Virus record (IMG/VR): IMGVR_UViG_3300030329_006583 | Coordinates: 62,001-126,000 of that record | Reading direction: 5' to 3' (one strand) | Length of the DNA stretch: 64,000 bases | Program-made: the position numbers and the translations under genes | The notes under the pieces: model-generated | Seen by the model: the letters and a program-made list of their open reading frames with translations, nothing else | What the model was told of the DNA's origin: nothing | Databases searched by the model: none | Shown here: one piece after another, positions 60,442 to 64,000 of the stretch | How positions within the stretch are numbered: the first letter of the stretch is position 1 | Layout of the letters: each line of letters begins with the position of its first letter

Positions 60442-60496
60442 GCAATTTCCTTTCGTGTACATTTAACGTATACACAATATTGTTCTTAATATAAAT

Positions 60497-60808
60497 ATGG
60501 AAACGTTTAATATGAAGCATAAAATAAATTTAATGAATTTATCAAATGGGGAAAAAGAAAAGATTGATTGTGATAGTACGTGTTATGAAATTTGCAAAAA
60601 TTATGATGTAGAGTGTAATCAAACACTTTGCAATTATTGGATTAACGATAATAAAAACAATAATTGTGTATTTCTTAGTGCTAATAACGGTGCTAAAACA
60701 TTACAACAGATTGGTGACATATTTGGCATTACAAGAATGCGCATATGCCAAATTGAAAAAAATGCCTTGAAAAAGCTTTGTAAAAAAAGTAAAAAATACG
60801 GGTATTAA
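60497..60808 (+). CDS. Stand-alone sigma70 region-4 HTH protein with Cys-rich N-terminus
   Basis: KTLQQIGDIFGITRMRICQIEKNALKKL matches sigma region 4.2; six Cys precede it. It is the only credible plus-strand gene. Confidence 0.85.
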   Translation: METFNMKHKINLMNLSNGEKEKIDCDSTCYEICKNYDVECNQTLCNYWINDNKNNNCVFLSANNGAKTLQQIGDIFGITRMRICQIEKNALKKLCKKSKKYGY

Positions 60809-61884
60809 ATACCACCCAACAAAGTAATTGCAACCAATCCGGGAATTCCTTCTTTTACGTAAACACCTGAAAATAGTGTGTTTGTTCTTCCGCCAACATA
60901 AGAAAATGCCGATTCCAGTCTTTTGCTCACCATTGGATCACCTGCCATTTCACTATTTGCAATCAATAACAAAACACCGGTCTCTGTGTTGCCTGTTGGT
61001 CCGGGACAAGGGGAAGATTTAAGAGAACCTTGGAATACACTAGCACCTAAATCAGATTTTGAAACATCCCTAATAACAGTACTCCCAATTACCATTCTAC
61101 CATTAACACCCAAGCATTTTTCTAAATCCTTTGAATCAAATGTTTGAATAGGTGATGGTTCATCTGCTAATTTAAAAACCTGACTCAATAATTTTGCAAA
61201 GTTTTTATTAGCAGCTGGGAACATATTTAACATCCCAACCTTTCCTCTTAGAAGTTGTAACTGTTTTTCATTATCAATTACAATATGAGGATAATCGCAG
61301 ACATCTTCTAGAACAGATTTATAATTTGTTGAAATTGTGGGATTTAATAATTCTTGTGCAGTAGGTTTTGAAACAACATAAACCACTTTACCAGAAGCCT
61401 CTGACGATGAAAGGTATCTACTAATAGAGCCATGTAATTCGGCACATGCACTCCCGGTACCGCCACCACCACCGGCTAATACAAATACCCAATCCACTTT
61501 CCCTATTTTGGATCTTAATGCATCTTCAACCATGGTACTATTATTGCGTAATACCTCTTTCCCCAAAACAATATCTTTTCCGACCCCATCTGCACCAGGG
61601 ATTACTAACACATGCTGATCTTCTACGCCGGTAGGTAAATCCTTGAGTGTGGTGTTAACAAGCAATGTTTTATTAAACCCTAGATCCATAAATGCTTTTG
61701 CTAATTTTCCACCACCACCACCAACTCCGATAAAAGCGCAATTAATGGCACTAGTAAATGTATTTTCCGGAAGAAGCTGATCATCCGCAATGGGTTCATC
61801 ATCATATGCTTCCACAAAATCAAATTCATCCATCACATCTGGTGGATTGATATAATCGTCATCCTGTTTTTTCTTTTTGCTCAC
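60805..61884 (-). CDS. FtsZ/tubulin-superfamily GTPase (phage tubulin-like)
   Basis: FIGVGGGGGK, NTT..DL, GVGKD, AGGGGGTGS signature, IDNEK and T7-like FDSKD. GTG start at 61884, 6 nt after AAGGAG. Confidence 0.9.
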   Translation of the reverse strand: MSKKKKQDDDYINPPDVMDEFDFVEAYDDEPIADDQLLPENTFTSAINCAFIGVGGGGGKLAKAFMDLGFNKTLLVNTTLKDLPTGVEDQHVLVIPGADGVGKDIVLGKEVLRNNSTMVEDALRSKIGKVDWVFVLAGGGGGTGSACAELHGSISRYLSSSEASGKVVYVVSKPTAQELLNPTISTNYKSVLEDVCDYPHIVIDNEKQLQLLRGKVGMLNMFPAANKNFAKLLSQVFKLADEPSPIQTFDSKDLEKCLGVNGRMVIGSTVIRDVSKSDLGASVFQGSLKSSPCPGPTGNTETGVLLLIANSEMAGDPMVSKRLESAFSYVGGRTNTLFSGVYVKEGIPGLVAITLLGGI

Positions 61885-62006
61885 GATACGCTCCTTCTTA
61901 TTTTTGAGTGGAAGATTATAATTAGTCATAGATTTTACTACTGTTGACGGCATATGTCCCTTATTCCACCTTCATATATATACGGTAATTCCTTAAATTA
62001 ATTAAG

Positions 62007-62405
62007 TGGAGACGCCGGGAATCGAACCCGGGTCCTAAATACCTCCAACATCATGTCATTCACAAGGTTAGCCATTTTACTCTAAACCGGCAAAGTAACT
62101 CGAATTATCCCATCCCATATCGAGTATCTGGGATCCACCTGTATAAAAAGGTAATCACTTATTTCTAACTGAAAACCTTTTTTACCACCAGGGTAACCAT
62201 TCAGCCCTATTTACTCGAAGGCCAATCGAGTTTTGCTGGTCTTAGTTAAAAAGGCTCCCAGCAGCCTCGGATTAAGCAGCTAGTGCGTAATCGTTGTAAG
62301 TGTCAGTGTTGGCACTTATTAAGTTCAGCGTTTTTACAGAGACCTTCGCTGCCCTCTGCCTTGCACATAATGGTTTTGATACTCAGTCGAAACCTTTACA
62401 TCCCC
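62007..62405 (-). ncRNA. ssrA: tmRNA, one-piece, 399 nt; tag (A)ANTDTYNDYALAA
   Basis: 5' end GGGGATGTAAAGGTTTCGAC and 3' end GGACCCGGGTTCGATTCCCGGCGTCTCCA. The acceptor stem has G3:U70 and discriminator A. Tag ORF at 62313-62272 follows AATAAGT. CCA is not encoded. Confidence 0.96.
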
Positions 62406-62420
62406 AATATTAATTTAAAT

Positions 62421-62606
62421 CTATTTTCTAGATTTTTCTTCACTAATTGTTAATTTTACCAGATCTTGAGCTTCCTTTTTCAATAATCTTAAACCCTTTC
62501 TAGCTCTTACACCGGCTGATGCATTTCCACTAGCATTTTTATGTACGTCTAACTCAAGACTCTCTACCAATACCTTTATTTCGTTCCACTTATCAATGAT
62601 TGACAT
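62421..62606 (-). CDS. Histone H1-like (Hc1-family) small DNA-binding protein
   Basis: LVESLELDVHK..GNASAGVRARKGL matches the Hc1 core GNKAAGxRARK. AGGAG SD present. Confidence 0.8.
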   Translation of the reverse strand: MSIIDKWNEIKVLVESLELDVHKNASGNASAGVRARKGLRLLKKEAQDLVKLTISEEKSRK

Positions 62607-62616
62607 AATTTTCTCC

Positions 62617-62832
62617 TTAAATTATAATATTAGAATCATTTTGATTCTGCGCTTCTGTGATATCATCCATGAATTGCTGACAACATTGCGAAATTTCCGT
62701 GAGTGCATTATTATCTTCTAATTCTAATGATAACAAATAACAAATTTTTAAAATCTGTTGTTGTGTAACACCATAATCAAGTATGGTTTTTACAATTTCT
62801 CTGCTCACTATTGATTTTTCTATTGCGTCCAT
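62617..62832 (-). CDS. Hypothetical protein (71 aa)
   Basis: ORF tightly packed in the operon. Confidence 0.7.
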   Translation of the reverse strand: MDAIEKSIVSREIVKTILDYGVTQQQILKICYLLSLELEDNNALTEISQCCQQFMDDITEAQNQNDSNIII

Positions 62833-62842
62833 ATTTTACGTT

Positions 62843-63307
62843 TTACTCCACCGCCCTTCTATCTATAAATGATTCTATCTTAAATTTATCTTCTTTTTCA
62901 AAAACCAACATTTTACCGGTGATTTCATTTTCAACGTCATCTTTTGTCAAAACTACAAAAGATCCCCATCTTTTATTATCTATAATAAATTTAACATTTT
63001 CATAAGTGGGCAAATCACATTTATACGATTCTAGAATTTCAACTACACCTTTATCCAAAGTATATTTTATATCAATAATGGAGGATTGTGATTTTAAATC
63101 ATCCTTCCCAGCCATAATATGAGATTTACAAATATCAAATATTTTATGTATCACCCCACAATTATTACATGTAACATATTTTGGAATGACTGTATCACTA
63201 TCATCAATAATAGAAAACACAACGAATTTATGATATGCAAAATTCTCTTTATTCCTAAACTGAGGTAATACACAATGACATTCAATTATGTGTTTAATCC
63301 CATCCAT
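62843..63307 (-). CDS. Hypothetical Zn-ribbon-like protein (154 aa)
   Basis: CHC and CNNCGVIH..C motifs. Confidence 0.7.
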   Translation of the reverse strand: MDGIKHIIECHCVLPQFRNKENFAYHKFVVFSIIDDSDTVIPKYVTCNNCGVIHKIFDICKSHIMAGKDDLKSQSSIIDIKYTLDKGVVEILESYKCDLPTYENVKFIIDNKRWGSFVVLTKDDVENEITGKMLVFEKEDKFKIESFIDRRAVE

Positions 63308-63316
63308 GTTTTTATT

Positions 63317-63523
63317 TTATTGCTTTTTAACTACAGATAACACATTATTTGATCCACGATCAAACGACATATTGACACTATTTGTCACTGTATTTAATAA
63401 TGATTTTAATTCTTCTTTTGTTAATGTTGATCTGTATGTTTCTACCACTGAATTATTAATTTGAGAAACAACAAAATCCCTTAATTCATATAATTTTCTG
63501 CCAAGTTCACTTTCTAAACTCAT
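63317..63523 (-). CDS. Hypothetical protein (68 aa)
   Basis: GGAGG precedes the ATG at 63523 (MSLESELG...). Confidence 0.65.
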   Translation of the reverse strand: MSLESELGRKLYELRDFVVSQINNSVVETYRSTLTKEELKSLLNTVTNSVNMSFDRGSNNVLSVVKKQ

Positions 63524-63534
63524 ATCCACCCTCC

Positions 63535-63556
63535 ATGGAAAATATATGGAAAATAT
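63535..63556. repeat. Perfect 11-bp tandem repeat ATGGAAAATAT x2 upstream of the SD
   Basis: Copies at 63535-63545 and 63546-63556. Confidence 0.75.
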
Positions 63557-63606
63557 ATTCCTCACGTAACACTAGTTAAATTGAAGTATGAAATTTGTAT
63601 AAATAA

Positions 63607-64000
63607 TTATTTCGTGTATTTATCGGCAACGGTAGCAGATGCCCATGAATCAGGTTTTAAAAGATAATTAAATCCCATTCCTAATGCATAATTCGCTAAT
63701 GATTTTGCATATTTTGCACTTTTATGAATGATATTTTGATTGGCATCAATATGAATTGTGATTTTTTTTCCGGTTTCCGTTTTAATCGAATTTGCAATAT
63801 GAATAGATCTTTCTACTTCTTCAAATAATCTAGCTTGTAGATTGTTGTAATGGTGCCTAGGTTTTTGAGATTTATTGACGAAATATACCCCACCATTACC
63901 AGGCCATGTCAAACAAATGGCTGTAACATATGTAATATTTTCTTTAACAACATGAGAATCTGAACCTACATGAATTTCAACAGGATTTAAATTTTTTATT
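63607..64000 (-). CDS. RNase H-like YkuK (DUF458) family protein, 5'-truncated by the window edge
   Basis: Frame open to the edge: EIHVGSDSH..YVTAIC..GGVYF..RLFEEVERS..IHID..KPDSWASATVADK. Confidence 0.88.
   Translation of the reverse strand, partial: IKNLNPVEIHVGSDSHVVKENITYVTAICLTWPGNGGVYFVNKSQKPRHHYNNLQARLFEEVERSIHIANSIKTETGKKITIHIDANQNIIHKSAKYAKSLANYALGMGFNYLLKPDSWASATVADKYTK

Noticed and set aside
60490-60497. T4-type late promoter TATAAATA on the plus strand
   Set aside because: It overlaps the first ATG of the sigma-4 gene and is equally explained as the minus-strand TATTTA box upstream of phoH. A second copy near 63598 also points away from any plus-strand gene.
60805-61884. Evidence for a nucleus-forming phage, or a true cell-division ftsZ
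   Set aside because: No chimallin was recognised and tubulin alone is insufficient evidence. The protein lacks the FtsZ C-terminal peptide and any dcw-cluster neighbours.
62007-62040. Stand-alone tRNA or attachment-site fragment
   Set aside because: The T-arm and acceptor half pair with a 5' end about 400 nt away and enclose a tag ORF, so this is a tmRNA. No integrase or duplicated 3' end was seen.
1-64000. Alternative genetic code (stop-codon reassignment)
   Set aside because: Genes are full-length under code 11. TAA, TAG and TGA all end genes at sensible boundaries with tight packing.

Overview
This window looks like part of a large (jumbo-type) tailed bacteriophage genome. It is densely coded, and every credible gene but one is on the minus strand. 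There are three blocks. (1) About 1-31 kb is a virion module: large ORFan structural proteins, two mosaic fibre proteins, a LamG-containing wedge protein, baseplate J/gp6-like, gp25-like and gp5/spike-like genes. A gp55-like sigma factor follows. (2) About 32.5-59 kb is a 29-gene glycan island with about 13 glycosyltransferase-like genes. It also holds nucleotide-sugar enzymes (UDP-Glc dehydrogenase, Glf, 4,6-dehydratase, DegT aminotransferase, RmlD-like reductase, split HldE heptose kinase and nucleotidyltransferase) and tailoring enzymes (two formyltransferases, GNAT, methyltransferase, carbamoyltransferase, deacetylase). No flippase, polymerase or lipid-carrier enzyme is visible. (3) About 59-64 kb has a GATC-palindrome-rich spacer, PIN-PhoH, a stand-alone Cys-rich sigma region-4 protein, a tail-less FtsZ/tubulin-family GTPase, a complete tmRNA (tag ANTDTYNDYALAA), an Hc1-like protein and a YkuK-like RNase H-fold gene. 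The best candidate for a new system is a self-contained, soluble virion O-glycosylation system. Its putative acceptor motif, [S/T]-G-[S/T], is strongly enriched in only some of the adjacent baseplate and fibre proteins. A possible two-component sigma system is the second candidate. All family calls come from reading motifs by eye; no database searches were run.
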